This document shows, one piece after another, positions 11,819-23,639 of a stretch of 64,000 bases of DNA. Within the stretch, counting starts at the first letter, position 1; each line of letters begins with the position of its first letter. The DNA comes from Selaginella moellendorffii (lineage: Eukaryota; Plantae; Lycopodiophyta). The DNA lies in NCBI RefSeq assembly GCF_000143415.4, contig NW_003314271.1, positions 2,347,185-2,411,184 of the forward strand, given 5' to 3'. The notes beneath the pieces are model-generated. The model saw only the letters and a list, made by a program, of their open reading frames with translations. It had not been told where the DNA came from and searched no databases. A program made the translations under genes and the position numbers.

Positions 11819-12978
11819 TGTAAACCACAAATTTTTCCTTTCCAATTTGCCAACTTACCTCGTCCATCCGACCAACTCTGCCTTGGCTTGTGCTAAGTTC
11901 CCTCGCCAAGGTTCCCGCCTATGGTACCAGCTCCTACTTGGTCCTACTTGGTCCTACTTGGTTTCAGCTACTCACTGCACGAGCAACGGAGTGTTAGCCA
12001 TCCATCTACGGATTCCCAAATCTCTCCCAATCCCCCTCCCCGGGTTAGACTGGACTTAAGGTTTGGCTACACTCCCCGCAGGCACAAGCAGCCAAGCACA
12101 CCAAGCCTCCAGATTCCTAACACCCCTTGGTACCACAAGGCTTGATCATGGGACCCTCTAAATCCCAAGCCTTGGGTGCAGCACTTGCTTCGGGACGTCG
12201 GGGTGAAACACCGTGGCCTAACAGCCCGGTATAGGTACCTCTACCCCCCCACTTCCATCCCGAAGGGAAGGCCCAAGCCCCTAGGAAGGGCGAGGACCAA
12301 TGAGCCACAAGGTACTCAAGTGGGGCACCACTCCACATGAGCCGGGAGCACCGCAGTCGGTTTCCCTTTCGAGAGTGGGAGCTGCTCTTGAGCACTTCCC
12401 TGGGTGGCCCCTCCGGCACCACTCAAGCCCATGCTCACTCCCACCCAAGGCCCCTCGGCCCCAGTCTCAACCTCAAGTCAGTTTGGAAGCACCACTGGAG
12501 AGTCCCTTCAAGACTGGTTCCTGGACCTCACTATCCCTACTATACTTTTGGAACCCCCTGCAGCCCCCCCCCCCCCCTGGGAGATGCACGCTTTGGGCTT
12601 TCACCCCTTGACCCGTATTAGTATTTGGACTTAGTCTCTGGCTCGATCTCGAACCCGATTTCGGATCCGACTTCGGATTCGGTCTCGGACTCGATCTCGG
12701 ACCCGATCTCGGACCCGACCTCGGACTCGACCTCGGACTCGGTCTCGGACCCGATTTCGGATCTCGGACTCTGTCTCGAACTCGGTCTCGAACTCGGACT
12801 CGAACTCCGTCCCCGAGTCGGTCTCGGACTCGATTCCGGACTCTATCTCGAACTCGGTCCTCGAGTCGGTCTTGGACTCGATCCTCGACTTGGTCCCATC
12901 CGATGAACTCTTTGTCATTTTGGTCATGCTTTTGGGGTTCCTTCAGCCTACGACACCTCGGCGAGTTGGTTCCTTACA
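11819..12978 (-). repeat. 5' LTR of element B
   Basis: Matches 5450-6586; slightly longer minisatellite. Confidence 0.95.
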
Positions 12979-15900
12979 ATTTTGTATCAGAGGATGAGTC
13001 TCGGCAAGTACTATCCAATGAGATTGGGCAACTAGTCTCGTTGCATACGCAGAGATGAAAACGATGATTCGAGTGGGTACACGTTAGAGTGCAAAGACTT
13101 CGCATTGGTTCCTTGGGATGGGTTTTGGGTTACCTTGTTGTACCTTATGATGTGAGCTTGCGCTTGGGCTCATAGGATGGTTTGGAGATGTTCCGTTTGC
13201 ACGAGTTTGAGCTTGGGCTCGTGAGTGAGGCGCATTAGCAACTCGAGGTTACACTTTGAGTTGGCAGGATTAATGTAAGCCTATCGATGGTTCCAGTGGT
13301 TCCGTAAGTTGTTCCATGTACCATGGGTGAAAGCAAACCTCCTTGGGTTTGCTATGAGTGGCAAATAGGCTAGCCCGTAGCTGTTTAGCACAGCACTAGT
13401 AGATCCTTCCTAGGCATGGTTACAAGTGGATCAATCAAGACTATAGGAATTAGTCTATTAGTTCAAGTAGTCATGGCCGTGCTCTCTCATAAACTTTTCT
13501 TCGATTGAACCGAAGGCAGTGCGAAAGCAAGCTTGAGGTTTGGTCAAAGATGAGACCGAAAAGAGAGTTGTCAAGGACGAAGGATCAAACACGTAAATCA
13601 TTTTCTCTTCTTGGAGAGATGATTTGCAACGAGGTGTTAACTCATTGCTCATGTTGACATCATGCAAACAAGAGTCCCTATCTTAATGCATGTTAGAGAT
13701 GATGGTCTTACAATAGTGAGTTGTGGGATGGATAGCGGTGAAGTGCTATACCATTTTGTCTAGGCTTGCTATTGGAAGATTTGGGTTACAATGCTTAATT
13801 CTTTTCCGGGGAACATTGTTATTGCTCCTTGAGTAGCTTGGTGTTGGATTAGTGTTGAGTTTGGTTAGAAAGAGAGTGGCATGAGCTTGTCCATATTGTG
13901 AACAAAAAGTTAGTGGTGTTGGGTGTTGTAAATCTCTATCGGTGGGGTGTGGCATTTATGTTGCATTTTGTCGAATCAAGTTGACACTTGATATTCACAT
14001 AAACCTTTGCAGTAGTGACATGGGCATTGCTCATAGTGTTACTTGATTGATGATCAAGTCATTGTGATTTATATCATATCCATGTGATAATGAGCAATGT
14101 GTTTACGAAGTTGCTTGGGTAAATGATGATCAACCCCAAAGTGGTTGATAGTGGAGCTAGTCTACTTGCACGAAGTAGCATTGTAGTAACTTTGACTGGA
14201 TTCTCAATGGTGGTCCATTATGCTAAGCTTAAATTGGTACCTTGCTTACTTGAGTTTGCCCATAAGGTGTTGGAAAAGGGTTATAGCATTCACTTGTTAT
14301 GACTTGTCAATTGATTTGTTAGCACTTGGAGTAGATTGTTGGATGAAGAAGATGTGTAGTTGGGGCATTAACATCACTAGCACTTGTGTTAGTGAAAGTG
14401 GCATTGTTATTTCAAGTGATGAGGAATTTTCCTGGGACCTTGATTTTCCATGTCATTTTTCTTGTTAATGTTTTGACTTCACATTGAATCTTGAAGGTGA
14501 TTGAAGAAGAGTGTTAATGCAATATGGATATCCGAAGATGTGGTCTTTGTGATCAAGCCTTGGGTGTTTGCTTTGCATTTTGCGGATGTCAGTGTTGGAT
14601 ATCGGTTAGATGGGTAGAGATGTTTGAGGCTTAAGCATACTATGGGTCATGAGAATTTGTGTTGAGGTGAACCTATGTGAAGTTGTTGGTAGGAGGAAGT
14701 TGGTTAAGTCTTGAAAGTTTGCATTCCTGGACTGAGAATTATTCTTTCTCTAGGATGGAAAATTTTCCACAAATTTTCTCAGGCTTTTCCAATGGCTGAT
14801 CTGTTGATCATTTTGCCCGAAAACCATTCTGTTTTCGTAAGCCAGTACAAACTAGTGAAGGGGTTGGAGTTGACTTCGGTTAGCTTAAACCTTGGTAGGT
14901 AGTTTGTATGATGCAACCTGAAAGGGATGCTAACTTTTGAGGCTAAGGCAATTGAGTTGGAAAGAGTCTAGAGTTGGTATAGAAAAGTGGCCATTGCACT
15001 TTTTTAAGAAGGGTGACCCTTGTGCCTTTCTTTTGTAGCATTATGATCGGTGGCAGGTTGCACCTTGCATTTTGTTTAGACTCTATGAGAGTAGTGAGTT
15101 CTCACTGATCTTGACTTGGTCTTGGTGGCCCTGTGCCTTGGCTAAGGATGGTGATGTCCAACTTAGTTGTTTGAGGTTGAGATGTTGGTACCCATACTAT
15201 AGCTTTGTCAATGAGGAGGTTGTGTACCGACATGAGTCCATCTCATGGTCTTCACTTTAGTTTCGACTGAGTGTTAATCATGCATAGCTAGCCTCTTCAA
15301 GGCATGCTCAGAGCTATTGACTAGATGTGATGGTGAGCTTATTACGGTTGAGTTGGATTCGAGTGGTCATTTAATTTGTGCTTGTCCATGAACCTTTATC
15401 TCGTGCCTGGGGTATTATGTTCATATTGGACAAGTATATGATTCAATGGTATGAGTTTAGTGTTTGGGTCTTGTGAAAGCAAGTTGAAAAGTGATTGTTA
15501 GTTGCTTGGCAATTAGTGATTGCTTGTAGACTTTATCAAGGACTATTAACACTTGCTTCACTCGATAAAGATTTATCAGTAATGGGTTTGCTTTACCGGA
15601 TGGGGTTGCGGAGGATCGTGTCGTTAGACTTACATGGGTTTTCCATGTTGGCATGTTGACTCTATCTTTGTTGATATCATTTAGTTGCGTTTAGTTCGTG
15701 GTGTTGGATTTCATTGAGTCTTGGACGTGGTGATTCACTCCTTGAGGAAGTGTTATCTGTGACTGAGTATTGTTGAGAAATTGGTCTTGGATACTGAGTA
15801 AAGTATCTCCGACTTTGGTTAGCTTGGTTGCTAGAAAGTTTTGAGTGGTGATTCACTCTTGCTTTTTGCTAGCTTTGTTTTGTTATTGATGGCATTGAAG

Positions 15901-17729
15901 TGATGCTTTGTCGTTGACATTATTAAAGGTTGAGATTCAAAGTGAAATGAGATGTCTCTCCTTAGGATTGATATTGAGTTTCATTAATCTTAATGAAGAT
16001 AGTGTTGATGATTTGGCTATTGCTTTGTGTTATTGGCATTCGTACATGTGCTAGTTAGCAACTATGTTGACGTTCAAATGAACTGAGTGGCAAGTTTGAG
16101 TTAGTTGTATTCTAAACGAGATTATTTAGTAGGGGTTGAGCTTTGAGCTTTTCCTTAAAAAGTGATTTAGTCATGGACTATGCTAACTCTACAAGTGGGA
16201 GAGTTAGTGATCGATGTTGGAATATTTTGAATCCTTATGGGATTTTAGTTGAAATATATCAATCATTGATGATTCTTCTTGTGTTTGCTGTGAAGTGAGT
16301 TATGTCTTGCTATAGATGGATTCATGGAGGATCGTTTGGTGATCACTTGTTGAGCATAACTTTGCTATGCTTAGCTTTTGGATTGATGCAGAAATGCTCT
16401 TCATTAGCTTTACATTATAAAGTTTGGCTTATGGATATGTTGAGGAGGATATTGTGGGTTGCACCATGATTTCTTCTTTAACATTGAAGTTGGTTCATGC
16501 AAGACTTGTGATCATTGTTAAACAAGATTCGGCTATAAGCTTCTTTGAGCTTTGGTTCCTTGAGTTTTGTGCTCATTGTTCCATTTGTTAGAAGTTGTTG
16601 GGGAAGGCATTTTTGCTCATTAGCTTTGATGTTGAAGTTGGCTTTTGCATCTAGTAGTCATTGGGTTTGAGATATCGATAGGATGTTACTAACACTTGCT
16701 TAAGCAACTTGAGTACCTTTGTATTGTTGACAGAGATCTATTCAGATTGGCATATGTGGTAATTGGCATAAATGGGTGTTTGTTGGTTTTACCACATTCA
16801 TTCTATTCTGTTGATTGTTGCTCGAGTTAGTTCTCATAGATTCGGATGTTATGGTCTTCGGGTGAAACATTCGCGAGCATTGTGCTTGCCAGTCAATGAT
16901 ACTCTATGTTCTTTGAGTTATCTTTCGTAAGTTGTTTGGCATTCTATCTACCATCTTCGATAGTTAAGTTTCATCATTGAGTTTCCTTGATGATATACTT
17001 GCTATTGAATTTTGTTGGATGGTCATTCCTATGTTTACCAATTATGATGATCTTGGTGACTTTTATACTCTAATACTGGTTTATCAAATGATAACTTACT
17101 TGGAATACATTTGTGTTCTAATCTAAGCTTTATTCATTGATAATTAAATCTCTAATATATCATTGTTTATGACTTTGATATAGTTCATATATTGATCTTT
17201 GAGTTTGGGCCCGTATAGGCAGACTGGCTTCGGTACTTTGTGTGCATGGTGAAATCTCTAGTCATGGGGTAGCTACTGTCGACTAGTCACATAACCCGCC
17301 TCTCTGTCGATGTTCCTTATTTCGGTGAAAGGGCGTGACCGTGTAAACAACTCTCAATTGCCTGTTAACAGTAGTCTATCTAAACCTTACCGACGGGTTT
17401 GGTTTCTTTGCTCAGGAGGGTTGGGGCCTCTGGCTTCTCTCTCTATGTCCCTGCAGGCAGGGGCGTATCACACTTTTGTAGCTGGGTGACACCCAGAGCA
17501 GCAAGGGTGGTTGACTCCATTGGTCATTTCCTTGTCGGCGACGGCCGGAAGGTGTCTAAGTTGGTAGCGCATCCGTGTTAGACAAAGAGGTTGCCCCCTA
17601 ACTCATTTAAGTTGGTGCATTTCTCACATAGTGTGAGTACCGTGAACTTTTTATGGATTTGTTTCCTTGGCGGTATTCTAGACTGGAGTATGCATCGACG
17701 AGGACGTCAATCTTCCCAAGGGGGGAGAG
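12979..17729 (+). mobile_element. Non-coding internal domain of element C (~4.75 kb)
   Basis: No ORF over 82 aa and no recognisable gag/pol motif; first ~1.5 kb conserved in a second copy at 22157-23635. Confidence 0.8.
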
Positions 17730-18865
17730 TGTCGCGAATGTGACTTCGGGTATCGAAAGTTACCTGTCGGCCAATCCTTAAGGACACTCTTACCTTACTG
17801 CCACGACGGTAGGAGGTCGGTATTGCTGGACTCGTTATTAGTCTCTGCCTAAGCTAGTTGAGAAACTGGTCCTTGCATGTGCACTTGACTAGATGGGCAT
17901 AAGGACGGAATTCCTAAGTGCTATTAGTCAAGCATACTTGACCTGGTTAGAGAAACTCATTCATTGACTTGCACTTGCTAGTGTTGGGAACCCCCACGAT
18001 ATTGAGCTTGGTCCCTCAATATTCGCTAGATGATAGCTTACCGTGTCTGCCAAACACCCTCGCTATCATGCCCTTTGTGTTAGTCTCATTTCGATCCCAA
18101 ATGCTATTTCTGGAAAGTGTCTAGATTTCTCATTTGGCATATCTACGGAATGTAGAGATCGGCCCGAACACAATGGTGTTCGTCCCGTGTCCAAATTCAC
18201 AATCTAAGGACATTCCATATTTAGTAAGTTTTGAGCTTGTCCCAGAGACTAACTCCTGGTACTAAGGGAGGCTTGGGGTGAAAGCCCAAAGCGTGTGTTC
18301 CTCAGGGGGGGGGGGGGGGTTCCAAATATATAGTAGGGATAGTGGGTAGGTCGGGCATGGCCGACCAACCTGAGGCATAGTCTAGCTCTCGTTTGCGTGC
18401 CTGTCCTTGTTCTGTGTCCGGCTTGGGTCTAAGCCCAAGTTCCATTCCATGCTAGCTGGTGGAGTACCCATATCCTCGCGTTAGGCCACCGGTATGCTGA
18501 AATAGCGCCAGACTCTGTTTGGCTCCGTTTTGCATGCTGGTCCTAGCATTGGGATGTTGGTTGCTCTAGGACTGTTCCAAGTTGCTCCGGGCTCCTGTCC
18601 CTTCGCTCCTTGGGCTGTATGTTTGGGAGTTGCTTCGTGGACCGGTTCCATCACTCCTTGGCTTCACGCTTGGGAGTTTGGCACCGTTCCTTCGTTCAGT
18701 GGCCCAAGGCTCTGAACTTCAGGTTCCACACCACATTCCTTTGGACACGTGGCATGTGACACGTGGCATCTGTCACGTGGCATAAAGTGGGTTTAGGTTC
18801 CGTTTCGTGGTGTTATCCTATAGTAAATCACCATAGGACAAAGGGTCAAAACCACATGCGCTACA
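17730..18865 (+). repeat. 3' LTR of element C
   Basis: TGTCGCGAATG...GCGCTACA directly after the PPT. Confidence 0.93.
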
Positions 18866-19330
18866 AGGTCAAAGTTGTGACTAAGGTTGGTGAGGGCTTG
18901 TTACAAAACATCCCAATTCCAGATTGTCCATGGAAATGTCTTATGATGGACTTCATCACAGGACTCCCCCCAAGTGAGGGGTTTGATGTGATATTTGTAG
19001 TGGTGGACCAATTTTCAAAGATGGCACATTTCATACCCACCACAACAGAAGTGGATGCGGAAGGTGTGGTAAAGCTATTTTTTGAACAAGTGGTTCGAGT
19101 GCAAGGAAGGCTAGAAGAGATTATCTCATATCGAAATAAGATCTTCATCAGTAGGTTTTGGAGAACTCTTTTGAAACAATATCGCACTAAGTTGAAATTC
19201 AACACAGTCTATCACCCACAGACAGGTATTGGGTATTAAATCAAGTTTGATGGCACTAACACTTCTCAACAAATAGATAAATAGAAAGGGTGAATAGGTA
19301 GCTAGAAGATTATTTGTGATGCTATATCTT
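18866..19330 (+). pseudogene. Continuation of element A integrase core, truncated 3'; contains homologue of intron 1 (19226-19272)
   Basis: MDFITGLPPSEGFDVIFVVVDQFSKMAHFIP...YHPQT, then gtattg...cactaac...caacaa. Confidence 0.9.
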
Positions 19331-20019
19331 AGGGGGATGGTCCAAAGTTGAGTTGAGCTCAATTCAACTTAAGTCAATGCTAGTCAACATAGTCAACCAT
19401 AAGTTTTATAAGGAATATTAAGTTAGAATAATGTTATTCTTTGGTGAACTTGAAATTTATGAATTTAAGTATTAATGGTTCAGAGAAATTTCTATTTTTG
19501 AATCTTTCTAATGCAATTTATACAATAAAATACTGTTTCTAGAATTAGAAGTTCGTCTGAACCCATAGGCTTTATTGATCCCAAATAAAATGGGAATATT
19601 GAAGTTCGAATGAACCTAAAATTTCTATTGTATATTTCAACATTTTAACATTTCAAAAATTGACCAGAAATATATAAATAATTCAAAACACTGATTCACT
19701 CGTTCATTCTTTAGGGTTTATAGAAATGGGAAGTAAAGAAGACAAAAAATTTGTAAGTAGCTCTAGTATATAGAAATGTGAGAATGTTAATTTTGTTTCA
19801 CTACCATAATGTCTATATTACATGCTTGGTCCTTATTACCCATCTGGGAATGTGGAGACCATTGTCACTAGCCACTTGTCTCTTATAGTAGGTTGTAATT
19901 ACTGAGACTGGCAATTATAATTCAATATATTGTCATGTCATAATAAAACATCATTCTCGAGATTGAAATATAGTATATTAATCAGAGAATTCTTATTGCT
20001 GGGAAGTTTAATTCTTCTT

Positions 20020-21022
20020 GTGTGTTGCAATGGTTAAAAAAATGTTTACTTTTGGTCTTAGAGGCCTTTCATATGAGTCTCCACTTCCATCTCTAATTTC
20101 AACCAATAATCCACCTTCACTTCTATGCAATAATCCTCTTTTTCATTTTGAGGGTTGTTGTGAGGCTTTTCTATTTGCGACCTCGAGTGCAACTGAATAA
20201 GAATTCCTTCCTTACGATGTTGTTAAAAGAGTTGGATTGCCTCCAATGCTCCAAGAGCGATGTCAATATTTTCTTCAAGATCTTACTCTAGATAGGGCAT
20301 GAGAACTTAATGTAGATACATATTATCTTCAGTGTCCTATATGCAACTTTTATTTAAACAAGACAGATGGTTGTATGGGTTTGGTAAATTTTATTGAGCA
20401 TTGTTGCAAATGCCCAAGAGCGGGTTTGGAAGGTGTGCACGCGTGGATGTATAAGAAATTCAAAAAAGAATTAAAAACACATAACTATTATGATTTCATG
20501 GTGGAGAACAATATTCCATTGGTGAACACTACATTAGTAAGTGCTGAATATGGGATATTTAGGCCACCCCTTAATGTAATGTGAAAGTCATACATAGTTT
20601 TTTCAAAAGTTTAATTCTTTATGAGTAAAATGGAGAATCTTATATTTTCGAGAATGAAAGTATTCTAGCATGTATAAAGATATTATTATATATACAAGTG
20701 GTTCTAACACTGTTCTAATTCTGAAGTCCCATTTTTAAGACTGACAATTTAAACTTCCAAAAACCCCTAGATCTTTTCTTAGTATAAATACCGACAAAGG
20801 ATGCCTTCAACATTGAAATTTCAATTTATTTAGAGTGTAGGAATGGCTAGGGAAAATGTTATTGCTACTTGCACTTGGCCCCTATGCATTTCATATGAGT
20901 CTCCATCTTCATCTCCAACTTTTACCAACATTCCACCTTTCCTTCCACACAACAATTGTTGTGAGGCTTTTCTTTTTGTAGCCCCAAGTGTGATTGAATA
21001 AGAGATCCCTCTTCAAGATATT
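20020..21022 (+). repeat. Two diverged copies of an AT-rich gene-like segment (~20040-20220 and ~20860-21020)
   Basis: Shared TCATATGAGTCTCCA...TGTTGTGAGGCTTTTCT...GAATAAGA; the second copy is cut by the LTR at 21023. Confidence 0.55.
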
Positions 21023-23635
21023 TGTCACGAATGTGATTTCGGGTATCAAAAGTTATCTATCGGCTAGTCCTTTTGGATATTCTTTCTTTACTGCCACGAC
21101 GGTAGGAAGTCGGTATTGCTAGACCTGTTATCAATTCCCACTTGAGCTAGTTGAGAAACTAGTCATTGACCGTGTACTTAAATCGGATAAACATAAGGTA
21201 GGAACTCCTATGTGTTTCTTGCTGAGCATATTTGGCTCGGTTTGAGAAACTTCTGTCATTGGCTTGCACTTGCTAGTATCAAGAACCCCCGCGATATTGA
21301 GCTTAGTCCCTCAATATCGCTAAATGATAGCTTACTATGTCTGCCAAACACTCTCGCTATCATGCCCTTTGTGTTAGTCTCATTCTGGTCCCAAATACTA
21401 TTTATGGAAAGTGTCTAGATTTGCTCATTTGGCATATCTATGGAATGTAAAGATTGGCTTGAACACAATGGTATTTGTCCTGTGTCCAAATTCGCATTCT
21501 AGTGCCATTCCATATTTAGTAAGTTTCAAGCTTGTCCCAGAGACTAACTCCTAATACTAAGGGAGGCTTGGGGTGAAAGCCCAAAGTGTGTGTTCCTCAA
21601 GGGGGCTGTGGGGTTCCAAATGTATAGTAGGGATAGTGGGTAGGTCGGGCATGGCCGACCAACCTAAGGCATAGTCTAGCTCCTGCTTGCATGCTTGTCC
21701 TTGTTTTGCATTTGGCTTGGGTCTAAGCCCAAGTTCCATTCCATGCCAACTGATGGAGTACCCATATCCTCACGTTAGGCTACCGATATGCCGAAATAGC
21801 GTTATACTTCATTTGGCTCCATTTTGCATGCTAATCCTGGCATTGGGATGCTGGTTGCTCTAAGACTATTCCAAGTCGCTCTGGGCTCCTGTCCCTTTGC
21901 TCCTTGGGCTATATGCTTGGGAATTGCTCCGTGGTTCGGTTCCATCACTCGGCTTCATGCTTGGGGGTTTGGCACCATTCTTTCGTTCAGTGGCCCAAGG
22001 TCTTGAACCTTGGGTTCCACACCATGTTCCTTTGGACATGTGGCATGTGACACATGGCATCTATCATATGGCACATGAAGGGTTTAGGTTCTACTTCGTG
22101 GTGTTATCCTATGGTAAATCACCATAGGATAAAGTGTCAAAACCACGTGTGCTACATTTGGTATCAGAGAATGAGTCTCAGCGAGTACTATTCAATGAGA
22201 TTGGGCAACTAGTCTCGTTGCATACGCAGAGATGAAAATGATGATCCGAGTGGGTACATGTTTGGGTGCAAAGGCTTCGCAATTGTTCTTTGGGTATGGA
22301 TTTGGTTACCTTTTGTTCTAGATTATATGAGCTTTCGTTTGGGCTCATAAGTTGGATATAAGATGTTCCGTTTCACACGAGTTTGTGCTTGGGCTCGTGA
22401 GTGAAGCACATTAGTAACTCGAGATTACACTTTGAGTTGGTAGGATTAATGTTAGCCTATTAGTGGTTCCATAAGTTATTCTTTGTACCATGGGAGAAAG
22501 TAAACCTTCCCTGGGTTTGCTATAAGTGGCAAATAGGCTGGTCCGTAGCTGTTTAGCATGGTACTAGTAGATCCTTCCTAGGCATGATTATAAATGGATC
22601 AATCAAGATTATAGGGATTAGTCTATTGGTTCAAGTAGTCATTGTTATGCTCTCTCATAAACTTTTCTTGGATTGGATTGAAGGCAGTGCGAAAGCAAGT
22701 TTAAGGTTTAGTCAAAGATGAGACCGAAAAGAGAGTTGTCAAGGACGAAGGATCAAACACGTAAATCATTTTCTCTTCTTGAAAGATGATTTGCAACGAG
22801 GTGTGACTCATTACTCGTGTTCATGGTATGCAATCAAGAGTCCCTATCTTGATACATATTGGAAGTGATGGTCTTATAAGTGGTGAGTTATAGGATGGAT
22901 AAGCGGTGAAGCGCTAAACCATTTTGTCTAGGCTTGTCATTGAAAGACTTGGGTTACAATGCTCAATTCTTTTCCGGGGAACATTGTTATTGCTCCTTGA
23001 GTAGCTTGGTGTTGGATTAGTTTTGAGTTTGGTCGGAAAGAGAGTGGCATGAGCTTGTCCGTGTTGTGAACAAAAGCTAGTGGTGTTGGGTGTTGTAAAT
23101 CTCTATTAGTGGGGTGTGGCATTTATGTTGCATTTTATCGAATCGAGTTGACACTTGATACTTACATAAACTTTTGAAGTAATGATATGGGCATTGCTCG
23201 TGGTGTTGCTCAATTGATGATTAAATCATTGTGATACTTATATCATATCCATGTGATAATGAGTAATGAGTTTACGAAGTTGCTTGGTTAAACAATGATC
23301 AACCCCAAAGTAGTTGATGGTGAAGTTAGTCTACTTGTATATAGTAGCATTGTAGTAGCTTTGATTGGATTCCCGATGGTGGTCCATTATGCTAAGCTTA
23401 AGTTGGTTCCTTGTTCCTTGAAGATTTGCCCATTAAGGTGTTGGAAAGGGTTATAGCATTCACTTGTTATAGCTTATCAGTTGATTCATTAACACTTGGA
23501 GTAGATTGTTAGATGGAGAAGGTGTGTAGTTAAGGCATTGACATCACTAGCACTTGTGTTAGTGGAAGTGGCATTGTTATTTTAAGTGATGAGGATTTTC
23601 TTTAGAGGTTAATTTTCCATGTCATTTTCCATGTC
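21023..23635 (+). mobile_element. Second, 3'-truncated copy of family C (LTR 21023-22156, intact PBS 22159-22169, internal fragment)
   Basis: TGTCACGAATG...GCTACA TT TGGTATCAGAG; internal sequence collinear with ~12984-14460. Confidence 0.9.
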
Positions 23636-23639
23636 ATTA

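Larger units (their letters stand above)
5450..12978 (-). mobile_element. Element B: full-length Ty3/Gypsy chromovirus (type I chromodomain plus iMet PBS, Galadriel-like by inference)
   Basis: TG..CA LTR pair, TSD ATTTG (5445-5449)/ATTTT (12979-12983), PBS, PPT, domain order gag-PR-RT-RH-IN-chromodomain. Confidence 0.95.
4292..18865 (+). mobile_element. Element C: non-autonomous LARD-like LTR element inserted into the integrase of A
   Basis: Paired ~1.14 kb LTRs (4292-5445, 17730-18865), iMet PBS (disrupted by B), PPT AAGGGGGGAGAG at 17718-17729, imperfect TSD AG-TC/AGGTC; A integrase reads CQQ|VKVVTK across it. Confidence 0.88.
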
